A stretch of DNA of 63,745 nucleotides, filler included, from Bigelowiella natans CCMP2755 (Eukaryota; Protista; Cercozoa), in NCBI GenBank assembly GCA_000320545.1. It is 4 parts of 4 records of this genome, joined end to end, with 100 filler letters (N's around TTAATTAATTAA, not from the genome) between each part and the next. Parts side by side here need not be neighbours in the genome. Positions count along the whole stretch, not along the records: positions 18,613 to 45,218 come from ADNK01001590.1; 3 more parts are not named here. One strand, given 5' to 3'. Shown here one piece after another: positions 26,798-39,007 of the stretch; position 1 is the stretch's first letter; every line of letters begins with the position of its first letter. Made by a program: the position numbers and the translations under genes. Under the pieces are notes generated by a model that had not been told where the DNA came from, did not search any database, and saw only the letters and a program-made list of their open reading frames with translations.

Positions 26798-27708
26798 GGA
26801 GTGATGACCATCAAAAAAATGCAGATCTTTTCATTCCATATCGTCCATGGTCGTGACCTGCATGCATCGCATGACAATCTAGCAATCTAGCAATGTTTGC
26901 ACGCGCAGTCGTCAATGAGCATGCATCGTGTGCATCAGCAGATCTAGAGATGTGTGCGTTTTCATTGTGCATTCTAGCATTGCAGCATTTGATAAGAATG
27001 ACAATTGAAAAGATTCGATCAATTTATAAGTCACCCGTCTCACACATTCATTGAACGCTAGCACTATTGCGAGGCGGTAGTCTACTATACGTGCAGCTGT
27101 GCGTTCTTTTTGCGAGATGCAAGGCGTGCAGATGAAGTAGTCCGTGCTCATGTAAATAAAACTGCGGAGAGCAAGTTGCTTCGTCATCATCATCATCTTC
27201 ATAATAAATGCAATGAAGTCGCCCATTTACGTTTGCGATGGTAGATCGGTTCTAAATTGGAAATTATTCGTAAACATGATACCGGCCTGAATTGAATTGC
27301 TCTGATAGTTTCAGAATATTTCTTAATGAGGAAAAACAGGATTTCTGCTGTTGAAAGAGGTTAGACTACTTGACTTTAAGTCGTTGACCCTATAAGATAT
27401 GTACAACGCTTGCGTCTATCACCAAATATGATTAGTGGCAGGAGTCAGGATGATATCAGTTACTGCAGCAAGTGATTTGTTACACTTGCATTTGTAGTTG
27501 TAGTAGTAGTAGTAGCATATTTTAAAATACTTTCTTTGTTTGGGTATCATCATCGTTTTTGGCTGCAATCCAGAATAACCACGTCGTCACGACTTTATCT
27601 TAATTTTCCTCATTTTATGAAGTAAATTAAGGATATAATTCCCTCCTCCTTGCTGTTCTCATATATCTTCTTCAACCCCTTTCCCTTCCTTCCCCATTCC
27701 TGGCATTT

Positions 27709-30700
27709 CTATCGTCTATTCGACCCAGATCCATCGACTATAGCAGGATGGTTTAAAATGTTTAAAAGTAGCTTAGTTCCTCTGAGAGTGGAAGTTAACG
27801 GGAGATGGCCGTCCTTAGCATTTATATCGTATATAAATTCGTTGTTCTTCCAACTTCTATAGTTGAAAGTGACGCAAGTAGGACAAAGGGTAGGACAACC
27901 AGGACATGGCTTGTCCTGACCCCTTGTTACCCAATCCATTTGTTCATACATTTTCATCAGATCTTGTCCTTGTCGAGCGTATATTTCTCTCTGTCTTGAA
28001 TACCCAAACTTACCACCACTACCAGCTCTCCATAGATCATCGAGCGATTTCATATCACTGTAAGGGATTCTAGGTACTTCTGCGAAATAGACCCATCCAC
28101 GTGATTGTGCACCTTGTCCTGCAATGTCTACTAGTTTGGCACGCGTCCAATCATCAGCCTCCCTGAATTCGCCTCTTCTAAGCATTTCTCTAAGTGGCTC
28201 GTAATCATATCCTAGTTCTGACTCACAATTCACGTCATCGAGTCCAGGCATTCCTTCCACAACTGGTGGCTTGTACCCAGTTTCAACCTCTTGATCAACC
28301 TGCTGTACCTTCTTCTTACTTGAAGAAGAAGAAGACGAAGAAGAAGTCTCTTTGAGGGTAGGAGGAGGTGGCAAAGGTGATTCCTCAAAGAGTGCACTTT
28401 CAGCAACAATTTCATTGTCTTTCTCCTTGCGGTCTCTCTCAATTTTGTCCTGTTCCATCTTAGCCTTTAGTTTGGCCAATTCCTTCTCTGCTCTTACTCT
28501 TGCTTCCTCTGCTTCTTTAGCTCTTGTTTCTGCCTCCGCAATGGCGGCTTTAGCTTTTGCATCACCACTAGCTTCTCGTGCTTTCACCTCTGCAAAAGCT
28601 ACCGCAGCCTCTACTTCCCCTTTGGATGAATCTTGCTCCTTTTTCTTCTCATCAGAGGTACCAGCAGCAGCATCAGCAACAGGGGCAGGAGGAGGAGGAG
28701 CGACGTTTGATTTATTCCTATTCTTCTTCTGATCCATAGCTGCAGCCTTGTTTTGTCGTTCTTGTAGTTTGGGATCAGAGGCTAATAATAATATCAATCA
28801 TCATCACATCATTCATGGGCTGGAAAGTGGATGATGACAATAATAACAATAGTAATAATATATTAGTAACAGATCAATTAGTTACTACTACCTAGAAGTT
28901 CTGGATCTACAATTCGTCCAGTGCTGTCAATTTGGTCTGGACGGAGAAGAATAACTTGCTCGTTTTCAACCATTGGGGCAAGTGGTGTAGGTGTGAAGTC
29001 TGGCACTTCTTCCATGGGGTTCTAGATCAATTATTAATGATGACGATAAGAACTTATTACTTTTAATTATAGGTATGATGATGGGGCTCATAAATTACCA
29101 ATATTCCATGATCAAACTAATCGTTCCAACAATTACAATTACAGCACAAACAGCACCTTTACGTCCATTGCGGCAACGATATTATCTCTTTCTGGATCAG
29201 GATCTGGCTCAGTAAAAAGGATATCGAGAAGCTCGAGAGGTTCTCCTGACTGCACTGGCCTTGGTTCCTCCAAGTATTCGGATTTGAAAGGAATTCCTAA
29301 GATGATGATGATGATGAATGATGATGATGATAGTATTTGTGTAGCTATCGTTTTAAAATCATCATTGCAAGGTTGATGAAGAGGTATACCCATCCCCATC
29401 TTATGTGGTGAGTGATGACACTATGTATGTACTTAATGATCGCCTAGTTGTAGCTCATACACAAGCTCCTCCTCTCCCCCTCTCCTCCTCCTAGCACCAC
29501 CACTATTCCTCCAACCTTGTCGCCGATCCATTTCTTCCATCAATTCCTGGGTTTCGGTGTCGACGTCAGGTTCAATCTATTTAGGTAGCCAATCAGTCAG
29601 TCAGTCATAGGATGGATGCATGCAGAGAGATGTGATGATGATGATGATGATGATGATAATGATGATGATGATAATGATGATGTAGTAGTAGTAGTAAGAC
29701 GACGTCCAAGCAGTTACTATTTATCATCAATAATCCAATTCTGAGAAGATTTTTTACTTATTCATGTACAGAGGGGGGAAAGTGAAAGAAATTACGGTGA
29801 AATGAATACCATCATCATCATCATCATCCTCATCATCATGCATGTCGCCACTACATACCCCGACAAGAATGTCAAGGCACCCTTCAGCGTCAATGGCGGG
29901 GATATCTTCCTTGGCAAATGGAGGCTCATCCTTTACCTGAAAGGAGAAAGGAAAGAAAGAAAGAAAGAAAGAATAAGTCCATTTTTCTTCTTTATTGTTG
30001 GTCTATTTCTTCTTGTGTTTGACATATGCATTATTTTTTTTATTATCAATCCTATTACCTCAACAGGAGCCCACGGACGCTTAGTTCCTTCTCTCTCCAT
30101 CTTCTCCATAAGATCAAGAACTTCCTGCATTTCTGGATCAGGATCTGGCTCCAAACCGAACCTGATTGTTAATTATTATGGTGAATATTCGTCGTTCTTA
30201 GGCTGCTATCAACAACTGAAACAATCTACTTATTATGATGTAGGAAATGGCTACATTAAGAAGAAATATACTCATATTCATCGCACTCGGACGGTTAGGT
30301 GTTTGGGATGTAATTAAACATGGACAAACTAATCTAACATGTGTGCGTTCTCACATCTCTACGTATGAAGCATCGTTCCCGGGCTTGGTTGGAATCTGCG
30401 GTTTCATACATGCACCACCGCCACCACCACCACCACAAACAGACAGACAGCAATTCGCAACAACCCATCTTAACTACCTTAATCACTCTAACAAAAACTA
30501 GTGATGATAGCGACGATCATGAAGACGACAACGCACATAGAAGTAAATAAATTCTATGCTTATTCAAAAGTTGTCGTATTAAGATTAGGCAGTCAGAGGA
30601 AAAGTTGCATTACGTCGACAAACATATCATCTTGAACGTTGTTCCATTTGGGCGGCTTATCTGGCCCTTCATCTAAGAAAGCGTTGTCGAATTCTTCGTC

Positions 30701-31492
30701 CACATTCTGAGGAAAAATATAGTAAACAGGATTTCAATTAGATTTCAATTTAATTTCAATAATAGTCGCACTTTCACAAAATAGAAGCTTTTTCGTTCGA
30801 ACAATTTTGGATGATCATCATCGGAAAATATTTCAACAACGGAGATGATGATGTATACGTAACATCAACGATACCCCTATGCAGTCATCAAGAGCTACTG
30901 GCGAACCATCTGGCTTTGATATAGGAGAATTCTTTTGATCTGGGGTGTTCTGAGCTCCCTCTTCATCTTGAGTCGAGCTCACAGCTTCAACCCCCTCCCT
31001 CTCAACCACAGAACGACGAGTCACTCCGGGCCTCCCAAATTTATTTGAGGTGATTCTTTGATACGATGGATTGAATCCTCTTATTCTGAAACCAATCCGA
31101 CTAGATACGCCACTCACGGCACCCTTATTCGCATTGATGCCGGAGGAGATGTTCGAAACTCGATCAGCTTTTGAAAAAGGACACGAAGTTATTCTTGCGT
31201 AAAAAGTAAAATCTACAAAAGTTATTCTTGCGTATAAAGTAAAATCGATAAAATAGTGGTGAACTAGGGAGAGTTGATAAAATTTATCGTTTCTCAAAGA
31301 ATACGTAGGATCAAAATATAGAATATTTATACAATTTTGGAGTTCACTTATTCAATATATATATGAAGATGCGTAATACACGTGGAAAGGGGTACCATTG
31401 TCTGTGATGAGGCCATAGAGACATAGCGCAAGTACAGAGGCGGCGCATATGGCAATGGCCGAATTCCGGCTTGAACCCCTCCTCATAGCCAT
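27709..31492 (-). CDS. GUN4: GUN4 (Mg-chelatase activator, porphyrin-binding) domain protein with bipartite plastid leader and long repeat-containing N-terminal extension, about 9 exons
   Basis: C-terminal domain DYEPLREML..GEFREADDWTR..GWVYFAEV..DDLWRAGSGGKFGYSRQREIY..GHLPLTSTLRGTKLL..HPA. ATG at 31492 (MAMRRGSSRNSAIAICAASVLALCLYGL) followed by an Arg/Ser/Gly-rich transit-like segment. Exon phases are consistent through to the last exon. Confidence 0.88.
31186..31251. repeat. 33-bp tandem duplication in GUN4 intron 1
   Basis: AAGTTATTCTTGCGTA(A/T)AAAGTAAAATC... present twice with period 33. Confidence 0.85.
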
Positions 31493-32362
31493 GGGTGATA
31501 GTTGGTGTGGTTGTTCTGGTGGGTTACGAATGTGGATGAATGGGGGGTGGGGTATCGTCGTGGTAAAGTATGAGAGGATGAAGCTTGGTTCAGCTGGGGA
31601 GATTACAACTAACTTTGAAGAAAAAGAGTAATACCTTGCAACTATGTATGACGACACTCCATTTTATATTGTCTCGATACATCTTACCTTTATCATTCGG
31701 TAGGTGTAAATCGGACTATGTTACTGGAATCAGTTGTCAGTGGAAAGTGTGGTGGACGCCGAGAAGGAACTGGTACCAACTTTGTCAACATCGCGTTCAT
31801 TCGTGCTACCTCTCAACGTAAATGCCATGGTTTCTTTCAAATACGATTGTCCCAAAAGAGGGGGATTCAACTTCAAACCCGGATTTTATCATGAGTATTC
31901 TATGCGAAAAAAGGTATAAAACCAGTAAACCCTGCATTTTTATTTCAATGCCGGGAGTTGTACAAATCAAAGTTTCTCCTGGGATCGATTCAAGCCCTTA
32001 TCGAACTTATGAGGAGATGCTATTTGTACGACAAGATGTTCTTGATACATTAATCGCAATCGCCCTTGATCAAAGAGGAGAAGAAATAGTAGCAAAGTGC
32101 AGGTGAAAACTCGGATGCGACAACATTGGATGTGCTACCCATCTGTTCGGGCCGTTCTTTGGTCATTACATATTCGAAATATTCCGACAAAGAAAACAAT
32201 GTGAATATCAGATAGTTTTGTATTTATATGTTGACGTATGGAGAAAATGCTAAGTCTTTAATATGACTAAAGTTCACTTAAAGTCTTAAAATTGTGCTTC
32301 GGACAGGGAGACAGCCGTTGGCCTCCCCCCCCCCCTTACGCCGTCGCGCTCCTGCAGCAAAT

Positions 32363-33063
32363 ATGATGTGTTTAAAGTTTATTCTGTTCTCGCTTATACT
32401 CCTTTCAATACGAGAAGTAACGGGTAGCAGTTCAACATCATCCCGCTTGCGAAGTATATACGAATATTCGGGGAGAATTGCCACAGATGAGGATGATGGA
32501 AGCAGCAGTTACAATGGGAACAATGGTTTCGGCCAGAAGGCCGCCACCACCTTTGATGAATCATCCAAACCAACAACATCAAACCAGCCGAAATTAATAA
32601 AAGAAAGTTTTTATGGCACTGCATATCGGAATGAGAAGGAAAGCGAGGTGCTCTACACGGAGAAACACTCCGTTTTATTTGACGCTCTCAGTGGCAAACC
32701 TCTAGAATCGTTTGTGGAATACATTAGCCCACCTCAACAAGGCCCTTGCCAGCAGATATTTGCACACATGAAGTCGGTCCATTATCATGTTTTTGAAAAG
32801 CAGCTAACCTTCCTAAATTTGATTAATATGAAGTTTGCAAATTCCAAATTCTTCGTCGCTCATCTAACAATATTTAGGTCTGATTTTACAAGAGGATATA
32901 ATATTTCTGAATATATGTTCCATCATATTCCTTTGAAGTGGAAAGAGGGTGTCCAATACGATCAAGGAAGGTGAAAATTTTGCTGTAGTTTAGCTGTTAT
33001 TTCGTAGTAATATTACTAATATTAAGGGATATTGTAAACTGAGTAGAACTTTATGTTCGGTGA

Positions 33064-33100
<37 letters not shown>

Positions 33101-33877
33101 TAATGGTGGTGGTACTTCGATAGATACGTCATGTTCCAAGGGGAGAATAATATTTTGGAGACGAAAGAGCTTCCTGTTGACAAATCAGCTTTATTTGCTG
33201 GGCAAGGATATCATTATCACATTCTTGAAAAATTGGATGAATTGGCGGAATCTACGAAGCCTCAGATGATACATCTTGCATTTCCAGCGCATCTTACTGC
33301 ATATCCATTTGCCCTGAAAAGGGTAATAAACTAGTAGTAATGTATCGTAGTGGTGGGTGGCTGCCAGACTAATGTAAACAATAATCGCTATGATGACAAA
33401 AAATGTGCCAAGCAACAACTGTAGATCTTCCAGTTTCTGCGTTCTGCGGAAAATGGAGGATCTGTTGCAACAAATGATATATGAGGACTTTGTTTTAATT
33501 TCAGAGCGTAGCAATTTCAATGCATTTCTAGATTTTGCCCTTCGTTCATTCTTTTAGAACAAACTTAATTGAAACTATCTTCCGTATCCTTTCTCCCCCC
33601 CCCCCCTCCCCCCCTGCTCTCCTGTTTTGGAATTGTGCGTGCATGTTTTGTCTTCCTCCCTCCCTACTAGGAATGGAAAAGGGGAGATCTCTTGAAGCTG
33701 TCGATGTCTTTTGACAGTTGGTTTATCAGCTATTTTGCTCCCAAAATCTATCTTACGTATGACATTCGTCGGAGAAGATTAGTTTCTTTCACGGGGCCAT
33801 CTCATGTTTACGATGACAATGGAAAGCTGCAAAACGTCCATGTCACCTACAAACAATCACATGCAACACTTGGATAA
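32363..33877 (+). CDS. Secreted hypothetical protein of about 300 aa, resembling a bacterial uncharacterised exported family
   Basis: Four phase-compatible exons (32363-32772, 32878-32970, 33124-33322, 33671-33877). Signal peptide MMCLKFILFSLILLSIREVTG. Motifs GTAY..VLYTEKH, FAGQGYHYHI, PKIYLTYD..RRLVSFTGPSHVYDDNGKLQNVHVTY. Confidence 0.75.
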
Positions 33878-34018
33878 TATCAGGATGGGCATGTTTCTTC
33901 TATATGCACAACATTAACAACAAAAGGATTAGTACATCTAAGTAGTAGTAGTAGTAGTAGTAGCTAGCTAGCAGGAACTGAATGAAGTGGAAGTAATTTT
34001 AAGGCTCGCTGCTTTTCA

Positions 34019-34108
34019 TCATCATCATGTATAGCAGTTCGTAATGGAGCGCTAACTAACACCTCATCATCATGTATGGCAGTTCGTAATGGTGCGCTAA
34101 CTAACACC
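34019..34108. repeat. 45-bp tandem duplication (2 copies, 2 mismatches)
   Basis: TCATCATCATGTAT(A/G)GCAGTTCGTAATGG(A/T)GCGCTAACTAACACC twice. Confidence 0.9.
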
Positions 34109-35320
34109 TGAACAGCCAACTTTGAGACCTCAGTATCATATTTCAATCGGGGAGGATAGAACCCTACTCGGCGAATTATGCTGGACAGTGAGAATCGAGT
34201 ATGGCACTCTAACTCACATACTATTTAACGGACGACTACTGTGCAACGAGTTAACACAAAATTAGTAATATATCCATAAACCAAACAGAATCTTTGGTCA
34301 TACTAGTGTACGATTAGCGTGCAAGTATTTGTGTAGTAACTTAATACAAAGTAAAACCTGAAGCATCACATCATGTCGCAGCATTTATTTTGCGAAAAGA
34401 TAGTAGATAGCACACCGTGTCATTAAGCTGCTAAATTTTTGACCTGTTGGATATCTAGATATTTTCGTCGGTTGACATATAGACATATAATGAGACGAAT
34501 TATAAAACTCACGACCATGTAGTGCAAGATTACAGCGTACTTCGATATCATAGCAGCAATGCAGCACTAAATCAAGACTAGCTAGCGCAGAATCTAAAGA
34601 ATTAGCAAGATCAAGCTAGATGTTGCTGCGGCATGAATCTGGACAAATTTAAACATCACGACAGTGCACGCACTCTAGCGCACTGCTAGTATAGCAGCTA
34701 GCTAGCTAACGTAGAGCACAACTAGCTAGACAACTCTCATTCTGCATTGTCACAGCTATCATAGCTAGATGAGTCGTGAGTCTCCGTGTACATGAACGTT
34801 AACATTGAATGCGCGCACAGCCGCAGCGCATCGCACTCTAGCATTACTAGCTAGCTAGATTAGTGCAATAACGCATATCCAGCCTTTCACAATGCCATCT
34901 AGCCATGCTAGCATGACGACGGACCTGTCTAGCTGTCAGTATCTAGCAGATGCATGTCAAATTTTGCCGCGTATATGTGCTCTAGTGCTGCATCGATGCG
35001 ATCGTTCGTGAAAGCTGTCGAATACTAGCTTTTTGCTTCGTACATTAGCTAGATATATTGGAATCAACAATATGCGTGATGGCGAGTAAAATTGAATGTC
35101 ATGTACGGCATAATTAGACCGCTAAAAAATGACAATGAACGCCTTCATATGCTAGTATGTCTGGTGGCACACCTACCGACCCACACATCACATAATACTA
35201 CACTTCTTTTTTTTGGTTTTTGCCCCTTCTTTTTCTTCGTGACCGTTGCTGTTCATCATCACTCTGAAGAAAAATGGCGGGAATTAGTTTTAGTTTAAAA
35301 GAAGATGCATTGACGTGCTA

Positions 35321-35848
35321 CTATGAGGATACATACTTATCCAACTGATCAGCTTCCCAGACAACCAGAAATTCGCTAAAATCAAGCTCTAAGTTTCCAT
35401 CCTTGTCAGCCTTTATTGTATATTGATGATGATGATGATGATGACGATGCTGATGATTAATTAGATAATGCCTCTTTGGTTAGAAAATTTAGCATGTATA
35501 GGGCAGGTCACAATAATTTCAGTTGCAAAAATAATTGATAAATTAAATTTTATATCAACGTCTCTCTTTTACTAACATTACTGCACGCATGCAGCAACTT
35601 CTAAAATAGCATATCATGTGCGTCATCATGATCAGAAGACACGGAAGGAAGGAAGGAAGGAAGAAAGGAAGGAAGGGGGCTAGGGAGCAGCAGTAGCAGC
35701 AGTACCGATTTTATGATTTTTTCCACTTCTTTTTTGCTCATCTTGCCTTCCATAGCTGCAAGAATTTCGGTCTTACAGAGCTTTCCATTATTGTTCTTGT
35801 CCAATTTGTTGAAAACAGCCCATAATCTTTGCTGCTGACTCGAAATCT

Positions 35849-35893
<45 letters not shown>

Positions 35894-36112
35894 AGATGAT
35901 TCGAAAAGATGATTCCACGACAACGACGGAGCAGGGATGACGAAGAACAAAAACAATTAATAGTGGTACAAAGATAAGCTTCATTCAGCTGCTGTTTTTC
36001 CTTCCGTTTATTCAGTAGCACCATTGTGGTTTTTCCACATTATTGTTTATTATTGTTATTGTTCATAATGAATATCATCATTCTGAGACAGACAGTTTCT
36101 GACTTGTACTAC

Positions 36113-36148
<36 letters not shown>

Positions 36149-36823
36149 GCGCTACTATTATATTAATCTTATTCTATTCACGTATTATGTCAACATCTAA
36201 CACCTTACGATTAAGATACATAACTCCAAATTCCTCCTAAGATTCAGGAAAATTGACATTAATTATTAAAAAGAAGAAACATTAGTCATAGGATGATGCT
36301 GCTGATGATGATAATGACGATAATGTTGTTGATAATCTTGAAAAGGATGGGAGGAATAAGAGAGGAATCTAAACGACGTAGGAACGAAAGTCATGATGGC
36401 TGACGAAGGAATGTCCGCTTTGTTGTTGTTAATGTTGTTGTTGTTTTTCAATTGTTGGATGTATTTGAATATTTAATTACAAATAAAGAGCGAGCTATAT
36501 TATTTGTTGTGCACCAGGTCAATTTCTTGATTTCCATCAACATCCATTTTGTCCATAATAGAAGCAACTTCACTGCTATGAAGACCGCCTAGCACTTTCT
36601 GTAGCTCTGATATCCCAATCTAATGAGGATGTATTATTATAAGCTGTGTTGTAAGTATGGAATAGTGGGTGGTGGTAGTAGTCATAATATTGTGCTCATC
36701 ATATCCGGTGGTGGTGGAGGTGGTGGTTGCTAAAGGTCTTTGTTTAGTAGCGACGATCAAAGCCGGCTGATATTTCAGTATCATCATCATCATCATCATC
36801 ATCATCGTCTTATTATATTCGTA

Positions 36824-36856
<33 letters not shown>

Positions 36857-36916
36857 GGCTGTGCTTAATATTGGCAAATTGATGCAGGAGTACCGCAATC
36901 GAAGACTGAAAGTCGG

Positions 36917-36950
<34 letters not shown>

Positions 36951-37561
36951 AATGATGATAAGAAAATGGGGGTCAGAAGGGGTTGGAGCAAAACCTTGTT
37001 ACTGCCATCAGTATCCATTTTGTTGAACTCATTGACAAGCTTTTTCATCTACATGGGAGAGGGGAGGAGGAGGAGGAGGAGGGGGAGGATTATTAAGGAG
37101 AAGAAGGGGGGAAATAACATGCATCTATAAACATATCGTGATCTTAAGGAGGGAAATGACATGCATCTATAAACATATCGTGATCTTGGAACAAAAAGGA
37201 AGGTTGCTGTTACATAATAATAAATTATTATATTGACAAGTATTCCCCTCCTCCTCCTCCTCCTCCTCCTTCGTTTCTTTTTTTTCGTTCTTCTTTTGAC
37301 CTCTTCATCATCCACATCACTGACAAGGGTTTGGAGAATGATATTCTTGAACTGATTTGCTGCGTAGTGATAGTAGTGGTAGCAGTAGCAGTAGTGGTAG
37401 TAGTAGTAGAAGTAGTAAAATAAAGGATGAGGAGGAGGATGATGATGATGATGATGAGAAAAAGGAGGGAGATCAAAGAGGAGGGTATTGCTGTATGAAG
37501 TGAAAGGAGGAAGAAAAAAAGAAAGAAAGAAAGAAAGAGGAGAAGCAGCTTGGCGATGGGT

Positions 37562-37597
<36 letters not shown>

Positions 37598-38744
37598 TAC
37601 TACAACTACTCATTTGCTGCTGCTGCTGCTATGTACGGCTTCTACCGACATCATGTGCACTCAAATTCACATCCTCGTCATCATCATCATTCTTATCATC
37701 ACTCTCATCATCATCAAGCACCACAAGAGGAGCACAATATGTATCAAGTCTCATCGTACTTTTGTTGAATGTTTGCATAGCTTTAAGGACTAATGGATCA
37801 AACTTGTCGGTATCTGCAGAATCTCCTTTCCTGAGAGAAGTGAAGAAAAAGAAAGGAGGGGGAGATAGATGATGCGTGTTGTCTGCCTGGTATCTGTGTA
37901 TATTATTATTGTTAAATGGTGAGATCACATCATATAGCACGTACATCATAGCTTCTTCATATCATTCATTCTTCTTCCTTTGTAAAGTGTCAATAGTGTC
38001 TTCTTCTTCATCTTCTTTTTATTTGTTAGTGCACGATATCATCATCATCGTCAGTAGTAGCAGCACACTCATAAACATAGCAATAAACCCTCCCAATCAC
38101 ACCATAGAGCAGCATTATAATTATGATTAATCAACATCAAATAAAGCTATCATCTTATTATCATGATATTGTCTGTTTTGTCAATACAGCCATGGGTGTT
38201 GCAGAGCCTCTTCTGCCGTCATCCTTTTCGCTGATCAATCAATCAATCAATGGGCATGAGTATGAAGGATGGTAGTTGTTGTAGGTAGGTAGGTATGTAG
38301 TTGAGTCAATGGTAATAATACCATAACGATAGACATTCATTCATTCATTCATTTATGTGCAATAACAACGACACATTATTATTATTATTATTATTATTAT
38401 CATTATTTCACAATATCGATAATAGCAAGAGAGTCATGATGGTCATCATCATCGTTGCCGTCCTCTATACATTCCTAGGCTAGGTGCTTCTTAATTAACA
38501 GTCTCTACTACTATTCTTCTTTGATAAATCATGATCATGATCATGATCATCATCATCTGACAAGGATCCAAAACGAGGCATTTAGCGATGAAGTCGTAAG
38601 CTCCCTTAAAGTCGAAATAATAAAGCAAATGAGCAAGGGGGAGGAGAGCTTAGGAATGAGAAGAAAGGTGGGCAGATAGACAGCCATGACATGAAGAATG
38701 GCCATATGGCCATATGCGATTATCAAATTATCACACTCATCGTT

Positions 38745-38783
<39 letters not shown>

Positions 38784-38972
38784 CATTGTTAAATGTTATC
38801 GAAATACAAACAATTAACAACAATTATGATATCATTTCCGTGTCTCACACAACAGCATTAGCAGCAGTTGCAGTAGCGTTGGTAGGAGATGATATTATGT
38901 CCTCACTTTAGATCGCTTTGGACTCAGAGGAAAATGAGCTCCTTTTCATAGTCAATGATAATATTACATTAA

Positions 38973-39007
<35 letters not shown>

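Noticed and set aside
34019-34108. Direct repeats as a possible CRISPR array (also 43458-43544, 37109-37187)
   Set aside because: Only two adjacent copies, no unique spacers, no cas genes, eukaryotic context.
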